A stretch of DNA of 62,431 nt, the filler included, from Hausera hauseri (lineage: Eukaryota), in the NCBI GenBank assembly GCA_046269625.1. It is 11 parts of 11 records of this genome, joined end to end, with 100 filler letters (N's around TTAATTAATTAA, not from the genome) between each part and the next. Parts side by side here need not be neighbours in the genome. Positions count along the whole stretch, not along the records: positions 43,537 to 51,723 come from JBJURY010739876.1; positions 51,824 to 56,850 come from JBJURY010357710.1; positions 56,951 to 62,431 come from JBJURY010245516.1; 8 more parts are not named here. One strand, given 5' to 3'. A program made the translations under genes and the position numbers. The number at the start of each line of letters is the position of its first letter. The stretch's first letter is position 1. Shown here in pieces: positions 49,169-62,055 of this stretch. Below the pieces are notes generated by a model. That model ran no database searches and had not been told where the DNA came from. It was given only the letters and a program-made list of their open reading frames with translations.

Positions 49169-50811
49169 CCACGGTGTTTTTTTGGAATCTACGTCGCCGA
49201 CTCTATACAGCCGTGAGCGTGTGCACATAAAGCACGCTTCGGATTGCCTGCATGGGGGGGGCGGGGATGATCCCACACCCGCATTTTATACTACTATATA
49301 TATTATATTCCTGCTTTTTTACTAATTGCGAAAAAAATGTAACTACACTTTCGAAAGCTTTTTCATTATTGTTTATTTTATTTCGAAAACTTTTCGGTAA
49401 ATGTACCTGTTACTTACGATAAAAAATGTATTTTTGTTTAAATTACTTACTAGTGTACATAATCAAAAAAATTGTACGTTTTTAACTGTGAGGATATAAT
49501 CGAGAACTGGGCGACGATGTAGACGGCGTGGATGCGCCCGCGGCCAACATTAACAATTTCAATAAAAAATCATGATCCTATTTAATTTAATAATATCGAT
49601 ATGATACCAATATCAATCGATAGGGTAATTAATTCTTATTCATATGCAATTAATAGCATTAAATTATCTTTAATCAGTACAGTGATATAGCGATTTTACG
49701 TTACTACACAAAACCACGAATATCTCTGCATGTAAGCAACATTTTGGGATGATTTTAGCCTTAAATAATAGCTGTTGACCAGGGGTACACAATAAAGTGA
49801 AAAAATATTGGAAAAATGAGTTTTATTGAAAAAATTAGAAATCGATCATTTTGATTTTATTTTATAGACATTTTCCTGATTCCGACAAACTGAGCTGAGA
49901 CATAGCATTTCGAATATTTTTATCACTGAAAATAAAATTTTATCTTAAAGTGAAAATCGACAATTTTAATTGCACTCGATAGCGAATTTTTTTCTGCATC
50001 TGGCACTTTATCCCATGTCAATACGATGTTTGGTTGCAGAGATATTTTGAAATTTTTTTTCGAAATATTCAAATTGGTATATATTCGAATCGGTAGGTCA
50101 TATGGACTTGTAACCTGTACCATTCGATAGAGCTTAGAAAACTGAAAATTTTTCATGTTGGACGCAAAATTATTCGAATATTCGGTATATCGAAAAATCG
50201 AGTTGGAAAAATTTTTTCAAATAATTTATGTCAAAGATAGAGAAATTTTTTTCTCCATCTGACAAACTTGATCTCACTTCAATACGACATATGGGTGCTG
50301 AGATATATCGTTTCAAAAAAATATTTTCAAAATTTTACAAGCCTTGTGAGGAAGATTACATAAACGCGATAATGCAAATTGGGATTATAATCCCAAATTG
50401 TATGATGCTAGTTCCAATGTCATAAACATTATATTTTTCAGCACATACCAAAATGGAAGTTCTAATCTAACACAGTCAGACGATGACCCATGTTGGTCTG
50501 AGAGTGTTTCTGTCAGCAGAATGAATGCATATAGGATATTTGTAGTAAGTTCTAAGTTTTCATATGCTTATGAGTAGAATTGATTTTTCACAGTGGGCTT
50601 TGTGTGTTTCTGTATGGGTATGAATAGAATTGACTTTGTTCAGTTTATTTGCACTTCTTAGTTCATTTATTTCTTTTTCTAACATAACCTAACTTTATTT
50701 CGAGCTAAGCCATTGTTATTATTCTCCTTATGTTTCTATAGGTGTTTCCTATCACAGCACCGCTGTCTCTCCACAGCGTATAGGGAGTCACATTACTGTG
50801 TTGATTGATGA

Positions 50812-51130
50812 GGGGGCTCAGTGGTCTTGAGGTTGGATGTCCGCCTCAAGTGCTAGAGGTACGGGGTTTGAATCCCGGTGGAAGCACTTGTGATTTTTCT
50901 CTCCTGGATCTTTTAGTAAAACCCCTGATCTCTGGGTAGTGAGATCGGACATCCATGTACATTGCTGTGCACCCCTTAAAAACCCCTTGGCAGTTAGAAG
51001 TGAAAAAGAGTAGGCCTAACGGCTGCTGTCCAGAAAAAAATTATAGGAAAAACCTACCCCCAGGGCAGAAATGTAAATAGGCAATACTGCCTATTTCTCA
51101 ACCCTGGTTAAATAAAGATCTTATCTTCTT
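50812..51130 (+). mobile_element. tRNA-derived SINE
   Basis: A-box-like CAGTGGTCTTGAGG, B-box GGTTTGAATCC (50865-50875), 3' AATAAA followed by a short simple-repeat tail. Confidence 0.6.
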
Positions 51131-51267
51131 GTATGCCTGGTGTGACATTTGCTCCTGGCAGAGCCACTCTTCACCCTGATCTTTTGTATCATATCACACT
51201 AAAGACCATGGACGTCACATAATGTCTATCTTTGCCACGTACTACACCCTGGAGAAGTAATACCTAT

Positions 51268-51367
51268 TACATACTGACGTTTTTAACGCACTAAAATGTT
51301 GGTTGTTGTAATACCGTTTTACATACTGATGTTTTTAACGCACTAAAATGTTGGTTGTTGTAATACC
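51268..51367. repeat. Tandem duplication of about 52 bp
   Basis: TACATACTGAYGTTTTTAACGCACTAAAATGTTGGTTGTTGTAATACC twice. Confidence 0.9.
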
Positions 51368-52255
51368 TTGTTTAGCCAGAGGAAGAAAAAGGTTTAATTT
51401 ATATAATACAATACTCTTTAAAGTATTTTTGACTTCAAAAGTGAAACTCATTTCCGATCCAAACCTTCAGTCCTCGTTACTCAGGCTGCAGAGCCATCAC
51501 AGTTCCTCTGAGGAAGACTGGTTTGAGGAAGTAGACGATGACGTATTAGTGGAAGACAGTGTTAACGATATGGTAAAAGAGGATGAAATTACCCAATTTA
51601 AGCATAATCCACTTCATCTCGAAACGGAATGTAGTGGCTGTGATTTGGCGATGAGTAGAGTTCCCTCAGGTTCCGTTTGCTCCCTCACTTCACGAAAATG
51701 TTTTCCTTTCCGATGTAAAATACNNNNNNNNNNNNNNNNNNNNNNNNNNNNNNNNNNNNNNNNNNNNTTAATTAATTAANNNNNNNNNNNNNNNNNNNNN
51801 NNNNNNNNNNNNNNNNNNNNNNNAAGAGAGCCTTTTTTCGCACCAAAATTGAAGGATCTACTGACAAAACTTTCAACAGCTGTTGCAAGACCCCGGCGTC
51901 TATAGCAGCCACTTGAACTTTAGCATTGCTGTGGATGTAAACAAGTCGTGGAGTTTTTCAGACCTAACAATTACTAATAGTTCACCTAGCTCTCTTCCAT
52001 AAGGATGCAATTCTAGTCACATATTTGCCCATTAACTCAAATAACGTGGGTTTAACACCAGATAAACTTTTTCTATCTTGTAAATTTAGAAACAGCTTTG
52101 TGGTCAGCTGTGGAAAATTAAAAGCTAACCTCACCACCATTTCATACGACACATAAGGTAAAAAAGTAAAGGAACCCTTTCACGCCTTAAGACGTGTACG
52201 GGAACTTGGAGTCAGCATCCACATTTTTCATTGACCAACGGCACTTAATTGAGAA

Positions 52256-52650
52256 TCCAACGTCAGGCAGCCTTTCCCAGTGTCACTGCCCCTCGCGTAC
52301 GCTCATCCTCAGCTGGCTTTACTGGCCGCTCAGACCATGCACCAGATCAGACACCCTCGTCTACCCATGGCACAGTTTGGTGGCACCTTCTCACCGGCTG
52401 CGAGCACATGGGGACCTTTCCCAGTGCGTCCCGTGAGTCCCGGCAGCGCGAACGGCTCCCCCAAACACAACGGCGGAACCGCCAACGCCGGGGCCCAGGC
52501 AAGGCCCAACTCGACCCACGAGTACAGCAGCGCGGCCAGCTCAGGAACTCCAGTCACAACCACCAACACCACGACGACGAGCGCACAGAACACATCTGCA
52601 GCTGCGGCCTCACCTCAGACCCCTAATCCCACTCCATATAATCCTCAACC
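52256..52650 (+). CDS. ANKHD1: Fragment of vertebrate (teleost-like) ANKHD1/MASK1 post-KH region
   Basis: VSLPLAYAHPQLALLAAQTMHQIRHPRLPMAQFGGTFSPAASTWGPFPVRPVSPG is near-identical to the ANKHD1 sequence as I recall it; GC-rich relative to its flanks. Confidence 0.8.
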
Positions 52651-53520
52651 AAATGGCCTCCTTGAAAGGATCCATCGCACAATGAAAGTTTCCTTAAAGA
52701 TCTTGGCTGAAACTCATGGTAATTAAACGTCCATTCTACCATTTGTTCTACTAGGGTGGCGCAAAACACCTTCGACCACTACCGGTTGTGCTCCAGCCGA
52801 GACACTCTTTGGGACTCCAGTTCGGGCTTTATTTGAACTTTTTGATCTCGACGACAATCCCACAGATGAGAATAATCGTGCAGCACAATCTCATTTCGTC
52901 GAGGTCAGCTCAGATTCATTCTGTCGCTCTTTAACAACAACAAATCCTATATTCCTAAGGATTTATATTCCGCCAAATTTGTGTGGTTGAAGGATCAATC
53001 GCCTTCAGGTTTTAGACCTCAATATGTTGGCCCATACAAAATGCTAAATCTTTCATCTCACACAGCTACCGTTTTACGCCAAGACAAGCCTTACAACGTC
53101 CACATTTCGAATCTGAAGCCTGTCTTTTCATTGACGACATCCCATATACCAATTCTACATCCAATTCAAACTCAGCTAGCACTTCTACCGATTTTCTAAA
53201 TGATTTTTCATCACCTCCAATTGCATCTCCATTTTCGCTCGACTCATCTTCTCTATCAACTCCATCGGAAAACTTCACTCCACATTCTAAAATAAATCTA
53301 TTCAACAAGGTACGCAGGGTGACATTCAGTACCTACAGCAGAGAAAAATTCTGTGATGGTCCGCAAACGCCTAACTCATACTAAAACCGATTAGACGGTA
53401 AATACTTTTCATCTTCATAATCGTTATTATTCCTTTTCATCCTTACATAACCTTTTTTGCCACGGGGTTGGGGTGATGTGGTGCCGTTGGCCATGGGTGC
53501 GCTCGGTATCCCCACCAAGA
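52630..53520 (+). mobile_element. CsRn1-clade Gypsy integrase 3' half, PPT and start of the 3' LTR (relative of the contig 8 element)
   Basis: TPYNPQPNGLLERIHRTMK, GCAPAETLFGTP, YVGPYK, RRVTF; GGGGTTGGGGTGA|TGTGG at 53477. Confidence 0.85.
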
Positions 53521-53682
53521 TCATTTTTCGTCAGTCTCCAATTTCTTTCAATCAATAACATAAAAGATTAGCAATTTTTCAACAGAGGTGAGAGAATCTT
53601 CAATTAAATCGTCTATTGAATCATCGAGACAAATTTTTGTCAGTCTCCAATTTCTCTATCGTTATTACTCGTCATTCCACGA

Positions 53683-54114
53683 TTGTTTCAATTGACTTAT
53701 CACATTAAACTGAATGGGAAAATTCGAATCAAACGACTTCTGCTGAAGTACAAAATCTACTCGGCCAGTTATCCGACATTGTTCTTTATGTTGGTATCCC
53801 CAATTCCAATTTGTATTATTCTCTATTACAGCTTCTATATGCTCCGTTCCTTTAAACAACGCTACATTCGAAGTGCCAATGATACAAAGTATCACGACCA
53901 CGTCAATAAACGATGGGAAAAGAATCGCACTTCATCAAACAAAACCGTATTCATTCTGTGCGTTGTATTCACGTTTGGATTTAACCTCTTTATTGGAGTT
54001 TATACCTATCCGTATGCTATACAAACTACAAGAAACTACGAAGAAAACCCTATGCCGTATACACGAGAGTTCACGAGCAAGGTAAGTAACAAAACGGAGC
54101 TTCAATCTTTATGA
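53683..54114 (+). CDS. Hypothetical two-TM membrane protein directly upstream of a Gypsy protease
   Basis: Hydrophobic segments PTLFFMLVSPIPICIILYYSFYML and TVFILCVVFTFGFNLFIGVY separated by a basic loop; the stop overlaps the ATG at 54111. Confidence 0.35.
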   Translation: MFQLTYHIKLNGKIRIKRLLLKYKIYSASYPTLFFMLVSPIPICIILYYSFYMLRSFKQRYIRSANDTKYHDHVNKRWEKNRTSSNKTVFILCVVFTFGFNLFIGVYTYPYAIQTTRNYEENPMPYTREFTSKVSNKTELQSL

Positions 54115-56850
54115 GACCAGAAATAGAAATAGAAGTAAACGGATAACCATTAACCGCTTTGATAGATACGGGATCTACAACGACGATAATGGGAGAAAGT
54201 CAATTGCCAAAAGAACTGAGGACAAAATTAAGAAAACCAGCGACCACGATGGTCAGTATTGGTGCATTCGGAACAGAAGAGGAAATAAAAACCGTTTTAG
54301 ACGCAGAAATTAAGATTTGTACTCAAATGATAAAACATACCATAAAGATAGCGAAGAACCTGACCAAGGAAATCCTGATGGGATGTGGTATCTTACACCA
54401 ATTAGAAAATCTTTATTTCGATGTAAAAACTGTTCAACTCAAGGAATTCAGTAAGGAACAACACGAAAGATCAGTATCACCAAGAAAGGATACAATAATC
54501 CCTGCAAGTTCTGAAATAATAGCACCTGGAGAAATAGAAAATCGATTATTGCATACCAATGTACATTTTGAACCGTTTTCACAAGTAATGGAAAAATATG
54601 ATGACTTAGTAGATCCACATGTTGACAAAATAAGGGAAGGAAAAATTCACTTAAGAATCTGCAATGTTGCAAATAAGGAAAAAAGGTTGAGGAAAAATAC
54701 AAGATTAGGACAAGTAACAGTTATCGAAGAAATAGCAAAAAAAGTTAACTATGTGATTACAGAGGTGAAAGAGATCGAAAAAATGAATACTGGAAAAATG
54801 ATGAAGGAAGCAGACCAAAGAGAAGGGGAAAAGAAACAGTAAAATTAACTGGGAATAGAAATTAAGAGAAAATAAAATGTCAATGAAGGAAAAGGATATG
54901 TAAGTTCATCTAATAAAGAGAAATGATAACCGGTTTGCCCAAAAAGATTGACTTAGGGAAAATGAATGTAATACAACACACTATTAAACTAAAGGAAGGA
55001 CAAGATAAGCCGACAAAAAAAGACCATACCGATTAGCCTATGATAAGAAACAGGAAGAGCGGAAAATCGTAAAAGAAATGAGAGAGCACAAAATAATTCT
55101 ACCAAGTTGCTCTCCTTGGACAGCACCAGAGATGATGATGAAAAAGAAATATGGAGTCATACGATTCTGCATAAATTACAGAGCACTAAATGAAATAACT
55201 GAGACAGACACATATCCATTACCGAGAATTGATGAAATTCTGGATAAATTACATGGATCAACAATATTTATGACTATTGATTTACAGAAAGGTTACTGGC
55301 AAGCAGAAGTAAAAGATGATAGAGCAAAAACGGTCTTTTCGATAGGCGAAAGTTTGTGGAAATTTAACAGAATGCCGTTCGGACTAAAGAATAGACCACC
55401 AACATTCCAAAGAGGTACAGAATTATTACTTCTAGATGCACCTCATGCCATAGTGTATATTGATTATGTGATTATAGCGTCATCCGATTTCCAACAACAC
55501 CTGAAGTATCTGCAACATCTTTTGATAGATGTGAAATAATGGGTTTAAAAATAAACCAAAAGAAATGTTCATTTGCCCAAGCTGAAGTGGATTTTCTGGG
55601 ACACCGAGTCGATAGATATGGGGTAAAACCCCAAGATAAACTCCCGAATTACTGCGGGAAGATTTAAAAGAAGTATTATGGACAAGTGAATGCCAAAAAG
55701 CCATCGAATACCTGAAGGATAGATTTACGACGGCGCCAATTTTAATCTGTCCAGACATGACCAAACCATTCATATTGGCGACAGACGCAAGCGACTACAG
55801 AGTCGGAGCAGTCCTATCACAGAAGGCGAGGATGGAAAAGAACATCCAGTAGCCTATGACTCAAGGAAGCTTAATAGACGTCAGAGAAAATACGCTGTAA
55901 TTGAGAAAAAACTGTTAGCAGTAATATTCGCATTGGAAGTGTTTTCTCCAAACATTAGCGAGACTAAAGCCTTGCTAATATATACAGATCATCGGCCCTT
56001 ACAATGGTTAAAACAGCATGAGAATCCAAACAGCCGATTATTACGATGGGCTTCGAAGCTACAACCATACACGTTCAATTTTCTTTATAAACCCGGAACA
56101 CGAAATGTAAACGCAGATTACTTATCCAGGACGCCTGCCAAACCAGTAATAGAGAAAGCAGTGATGGCGGCAACATGGAACATGGACGGATCATCGGGGA
56201 AAATAAAAGCCAATCAAAATGTAGATCCCGAAATAAAACCCATTAGGAGATACATACAGAATAAGGTAATACCAAATGATAAAGAATTTGGCCGCCATCC
56301 AACAAGGTTCACTGAAGCATAGGAGGAAAAAGGGATTTTTATACTACGTTCATCAGAACGGACCAACTCTGGTAATTCCACAGAACAGGACTGTACTATT
56401 AACACAAAACCATGACGGATTATTAGGAGGCCATCAGTCAGCACGAAAAACTATAAATAAATTAAAAAGAAAATATTTTTGGCCATCGTTAGTAAAAGAT
56501 GTACAAGAATGGTTTGATAGTTGTCAACTCTGCGCTACGAGAAAGAATACGGGATCCAAATTCAAATCTCCCTTTAAGGTATGGGATTTTTCACCTGCTC
56601 TTTTTGAGTTCACAGCAATGAATATTACCGGACAACTACCGCTAATTAGGAATGAAAATAGGTATATTCTAGTCTTTATAGATTACTTTACTCGTTGGTT
56701 TGTTGCACCGCCAATGGCAGATATGAAAGCCGAAACAATCGCCGAAAAAATTTTGGAAAAAATTGTTTAACTATGGAGCACCATGAATACTATTAACTGA
56801 TCAAGGATCTAACTTAACGGGGAACGTAATGCAAGCAATATACACATACG
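54111..56850 (+). mobile_element. Ty3/Gypsy pol (PR-RT-RNaseH-IN), degenerate, truncated by the contig end
   Basis: LIDTGS; RFCINYRALN; TIDLQKGYWQ; MPFGLKN; YIDY; ATDASDY; YTDHRPL; HDGLLGGH..C..C; LVFIDYFTRW; TDQGSN. Confidence 0.95.
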
Positions 56851-58244
56851 NNNNNNNNNNNNNNNNNNNNNNNNNNNNNNNNNNNNNNNNNNNNTTAATT
56901 AATTAANNNNNNNNNNNNNNNNNNNNNNNNNNNNNNNNNNNNNNNNNNNNAGGATTTTAATTTCCGGACCCATGTGGAAACCCAAACGTCAATATATTAA
57001 TCGTTTCAGATTTGATTAACGATAATGGTCGTCCAAAATACTATATAAACTGCGTCCAAACGACTACTCTAACACTAATTTTTTCGCGACGGCCACTGTT
57101 CTTGGAAGTCACAGTTTTTCCTCGACGACGCAATTCTACGATTATCACTGTTTTCTGAGACTTCGACCTATTCTAGACCTTGAAGACAAGTAATTTGAGA
57201 TTCGTTTGACAATAGTAATTTTAACTTTCAAGGACCAAAGTAGCCTGAAGTTTTGTTGACCAGCACAAAGGGAGACAATTAATTCAACCAGGAACATCAC
57301 CAAAGTTTTCAAAGTAAATTAGCTCTTCTTTAAGCGAGATTAATATTTATTAGAAAGATCTGATCCGAAAATACAGGGATTTCTCGCACGACCTGATCCA
57401 GATGAATAATTTTTCAATTAATAATGATGAAACCAGTGCCGGAGGAGTATTCCATACCGAGGATCAAACGGGTGAGCTTTTTGGTATTGGTGATTGTTAT
57501 TGTTGATTAAACGATGTATTTATTTTTATTAAATTTAAATAAAATATAATTAAATAAAAGCCGCTGAAATTTGATTGTATGCGTTTGTATTGAAAATATA
57601 TGTATATATTTTTTAAATCAATTTGGACTATGGGATGCAGGCATCATTGGATGTCAGACCATCCTCGGACCCGCGAAAACTTGGAATTTTGATTTCGATA
57701 ATTCAGAGGACAGTCGGGATACAAAGCACAACTTTATCAAATGCTCCCAAACAGAACATTGAAAAATGTGAAATATACACATATCGTATATCAAATAGTT
57801 CATATTTTGTTCAGAAATGCCACGAAAATATAAGAAAATATTATAGTCGGATCTGCAACAGTGAAGAATACTTTATATGCTGCCGAATGTGAAACTGTCA
57901 GGACAGGTGAATACTGTAAGTTTTTTGAATTTCATAAAACCCACTTGCGCAATTTCACGGTTAAGTCCAAAAAGGCCATATTCATGACAGGCATTATTCC
58001 CCTTATGCCTTCAACATCTGCACAGATGGGAGGTATTGTTCCAGTTATATGAACCCCATCTGCACAGACGAGAGCATTATACCTGTTATGTCTTGTACAT
58101 TTGCAGAGCTTGCAGCATCAACTTCAACACAGCGCCATGGATCCCCGGCACAGCATAATGGATCCACGGAGCAGCGTAAATGAGGCACAGTGGCAGCGAA
58201 TGATGTATCGCGAAAAAGTCAACGGAAGCCACTAGTTGACGTAA

Positions 58245-61200
58245 CTGCACTGAAGAGCAAAGTGCGGTGATAATTCATAGCAGAAGTTGGGCATACATTG
58301 CTCCATGAATTCCTGGAATATTCAAAGGAGGCGGCAGCAGAAATTCTCCAGGACAGCTTTTTTAAGCTGAAGGCCCTTAAGATGAACTTCAAATTGGAAG
58401 CCACCTTCACCAATCTCGAAGGAGAGCTCTCTAGTAGAGCCTTCAAGACAAAGAACAGGTCATTATTGAAATCCTCTAACATTAAGGATTTCATTACTGA
58501 GGACTATGCAAGGCTCATCCGCGAAGCCAAAGGAAGCCAGGACCAGAAGAGCAGTTGGACTTTAGCAACAATAAAGTGGTTACTTGTGCATGTACACAAG
58601 TATTCTCCCATGAGTGTCAGCTCCTATATACCGCTTCCTGAATGGATAGTAAAGAAAAAGGCATGCATCAATGTTCATAAGGAGCACAGCATGTGTTTCA
58701 TGTATCTTATTTTGTCCAAACTAGTCCATGATCAACACAATGCTTCTCGAGTTTGGATATATGACAAAGTGCAGCACACATACGACTTCAGCTGTATTTC
58801 ATTCCCTCCGAGCCTAGATGAAGTCACGAAATTTTAAAGCGTGAACAACATATCCATCAAAATCTTCGGATTGGAGCAAGACAAATTTTATCCCTTACAT
58901 GTGTACAAGGAGGAAGTGGATGATCACAGGTATTTGCTCCTGCTAGATAATAGAGAAACGAGGCATTTTATCTATAGGATCCAAAATATCTAAGCATAAA
59001 TCTGGGATGGAAATATGCAAAAGATGCTTTACACATTTTAATGGAGGCACAGCCGCAGAAAAGCTGAAGGAGCATAAGACCTACTGCAATACAAACTATT
59101 GCATCCTAGCAGAATTCTCCCAGGTGGATTACCTGGAGTTCAAGGAGTTCGTGAAGATGCAGAAGGTGCCTATTGTCATATATTGTGACTTTGAAACCAT
59201 CCTCAGTCCAGTTCACAGCTGCAGCCCCAATCCACAGCAAAACAGTACTACAGCATACCAGTACCATGAGTTATCATCATACTGCATGTATGCCAAAGGA
59301 CTGGACAAAGAACCCTACCTATACATGGGTGTCAATACAGCAGCACATTTTATGCAGCGTCTGAAACAGTATGCCCACAAACCTGAAGACATGTTGCAGC
59401 AACATAAGGACTACATGGTGATGTAGCAGCAAGAAAAATATGAATGGCGCAAAGCATCTTATGAAGAAAGCCATTCACATGGGACAATCACAAAGTCAGG
59501 GATCACTGCCATTTTACAGTCATATACCGAGGCGCAGCGTGCAGCAATTGCAACTTACGCAGCAAGACATGTACATACATTCCCGTGGTATTCCACAATC
59601 TTAGTGGATACGATTCCCACTTCATTGTTCGATAATTGGGTAATATTGAGGGGAACATTGATGTGATTCCAAATAGTGAGGAGAAGTACATCACATTCAC
59701 GAAACATGTGGGCCGCATCAGACTTCGCTTCATTGATGGCCTCCGCTTCATGAGTTCGTCACTGGATAGCCTCGTAAAGAACCTTCCATCTGATGAGCTC
59801 AAGGAGACGAAGGAGTTCTTCCCAGATACATTTGACCTGGTGAAGCGGAAAGGAGTGTTCCTCTATGACTATATAACGTCATGGAAAGCACTGAATGAAG
59901 ATGCATTACCGGCCAAGGAGGACTTCTGTAGTCAGTTATCATACAGTCATATTAGCGATGCTGACTATGAATACGCCCAAGGAGTATTACAGACCTTCCA
60001 GTGCAGGACAATAGGCGAATACAGTGACATCTATCTCCTCACAGATATGCTGTTGCTTACTGATGTCTTCGAAGGCTTCCGGGACGTGACCCTTAAGAGT
60101 CACAAGTTAGATCCAGTCCATTTCTTTACAGCTCCAGGAATAAGTTGGACAGCTATGCTGCGCTATACCAGCATAAGGCTCCAGATCTTGAAAGATTACA
60201 ATATGCTCCTCATGATTGAGGGAGGCATCAGGGGAGGAATCTGCCAGGCCATTCACAGGTACAGTGAGGCCAACAACAAATACATGGCAGATTATAATCC
60301 ATCCAAGGAATCCTCATATATATCATACCTGGATGCCAACAATCTGTATGGATCGGCAATGAGCAACCCATTGCCCTAAGATAACTTTCAATGGGTGAAG
60401 CAGCCGCAAGTCCTGGATATTGAAGGTATGGATCCCAATGGAGATATGGGCTACATACTGGAGGTGGACGTGGAATTCCCACATAGCATCCACACAAGGC
60501 ATGAGCAGCTGCCTTTTCTCCCGGAGGGCAAGAGGTCGCCAATTGGTAAGCATAAGAAGCTGCTCTGTCATCTTGAAAACAGGGAGAGGTATGTAGCCAA
60601 TTACATAAATCTCCAACAGGCCATCCAAAATGGACTCCGAGTCATCAGGATTCATCAGACCCTGCAGTTCAGCCAGTCCAAATGGCTGAATCCATACATA
60701 GACCTCAATAATCAGTTGAGGGCCAATGCCAGGAACGAGTTTGAAAAGGACCAATTCAAGCTATATAACAACTCGATCTTTGGCAAAACTATGGAAAACA
60801 TCCAGAATCGGATAAACATCGAGCTGATATGCGACTGGAATAGGGTAAAGAAACTCATCGCTAAGCCCAACTTTCACAGCAGCACAATCTACACGGAGAA
60901 CCTGTTGAGCATCCATATGCTCAAGACATCACTTGTGTTTAACAAGCCTATATATGTGGGCATGTCCATATTGGATCTATCCAAGACCTTGATGTATGTC
61001 TTTCATTATAGCATTATGGTCCCCACATTCAAGGAGCTCCAGCTAATGTACATGGACACGGACAGTTTCATATACCAGATCCACACAGATGATATCTTTG
61101 AAAAGTATATGGATACCTCGGACTATCCGAAGGATCATCCAAAATACTCAAACGTCAACAAGAATGTTCTCGGGAAGTTTAAACACGAGGTGAATGGGAA

Positions 61201-61502
61201 GATCATCACCTATTTTGTTCCGTTGAGATCAAAAATTTATGCCATCGATGTAAGTGGTCAGGTAAGGAAGTGGGCTAAGGGAGTTCAAAGGGCCACATTA
61301 GCTAAAGACATAGGCTTTGTAGATTTTTAGAGTGTTGCGGGAACAAACTTACATCGTCAGCGAGATGAAGAGGATCCAGTCCCTAGAACATCAGATTGCC
61401 ACGGTTGCGCTAATGAAGAAAAGCCTCCATTGGTTCGATGACAAAAGGCACATTCTTGAAGACGGAATCCACACACTACCTCACGGACATGTGGCATTGT
61501 AA
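58245..61502 (+). pseudogene. polB: Protein-primed family B DNA polymerase (Polinton/adintovirus type)
   Basis: YIPLPEW..KACIN; IYCDFET (ExoI); KVRDHCH..CSNCNL (endonuclease-VII-like insert); FHNLSGYDSH (ExoII); YLDANNLYG (motif A); KLYNNSIFGK (motif B); YMDTDS (motif C); FDDKR..TLPHGH. Several stops and frameshifts; start uncertain. Confidence 0.93.
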
Positions 61503-61722
61503 ATATTGTTATTCTTTTGTTTAATAAATGTACAGAAATATCGTGTTGTCTTCTTGATCAAGTAATGTGGGAAATAGGATAAGGCCAAGTAAAACTAAGC
61601 AACTACTATATAGGATAAGACCAAGTAAAACTTAGATTAATAAAATCAATAAATTTTGAATAATCAATACAGTGCGACATTTACTTGCATTAATCTTGCA
61701 TTATTTCAAAATATTGAAAAGT

Positions 61723-61986
61723 TGTCCGATTTTTTAGGAGCAGATGTCGGATGAAACAATGAGATTGGCGACATGCGATATGTATACTTTCTGCATAGAC
61801 TGTCTGCAGAAATGGCTAAGCAGTAAAATGTCTTGTCCACTATGCAGAAGAAAGTATAAGTATGTGGTAGTCCAGGATGCTGAAGACCTGTGCCTGTATG
61901 TAACATGGGTAGGGTGCCTGATAAAAACCCTACATGAATTTTTACCTGACAGTGACAGTGACAGTGATGATACTATTATTATGTGA
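61723..61986 (+). pseudogene. RING-finger (E3 ubiquitin ligase-like) small gene, degenerate
   Basis: CPIF*EQM..TCDMYTFCIDCLQKW..SCPLCR with an acidic DSDSDSDD tail. Confidence 0.7.
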
Positions 61987-62055
61987 TTGTTGTGTTCAAT
62001 ATATGTTTTTCAATATACCTAAAGTCTTATAAAACCAACTAATTTTATAACACAT

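Noticed and set aside
50812-50890. tRNA gene
   Set aside because: A and B boxes are present but there is no good cloverleaf, and it continues into a SINE-like body and tail.
6085-56950. TTAATTAATTAA as a biological repeat, and ORFs running into X residues
   Set aside because: Artificial linker between concatenated contigs.
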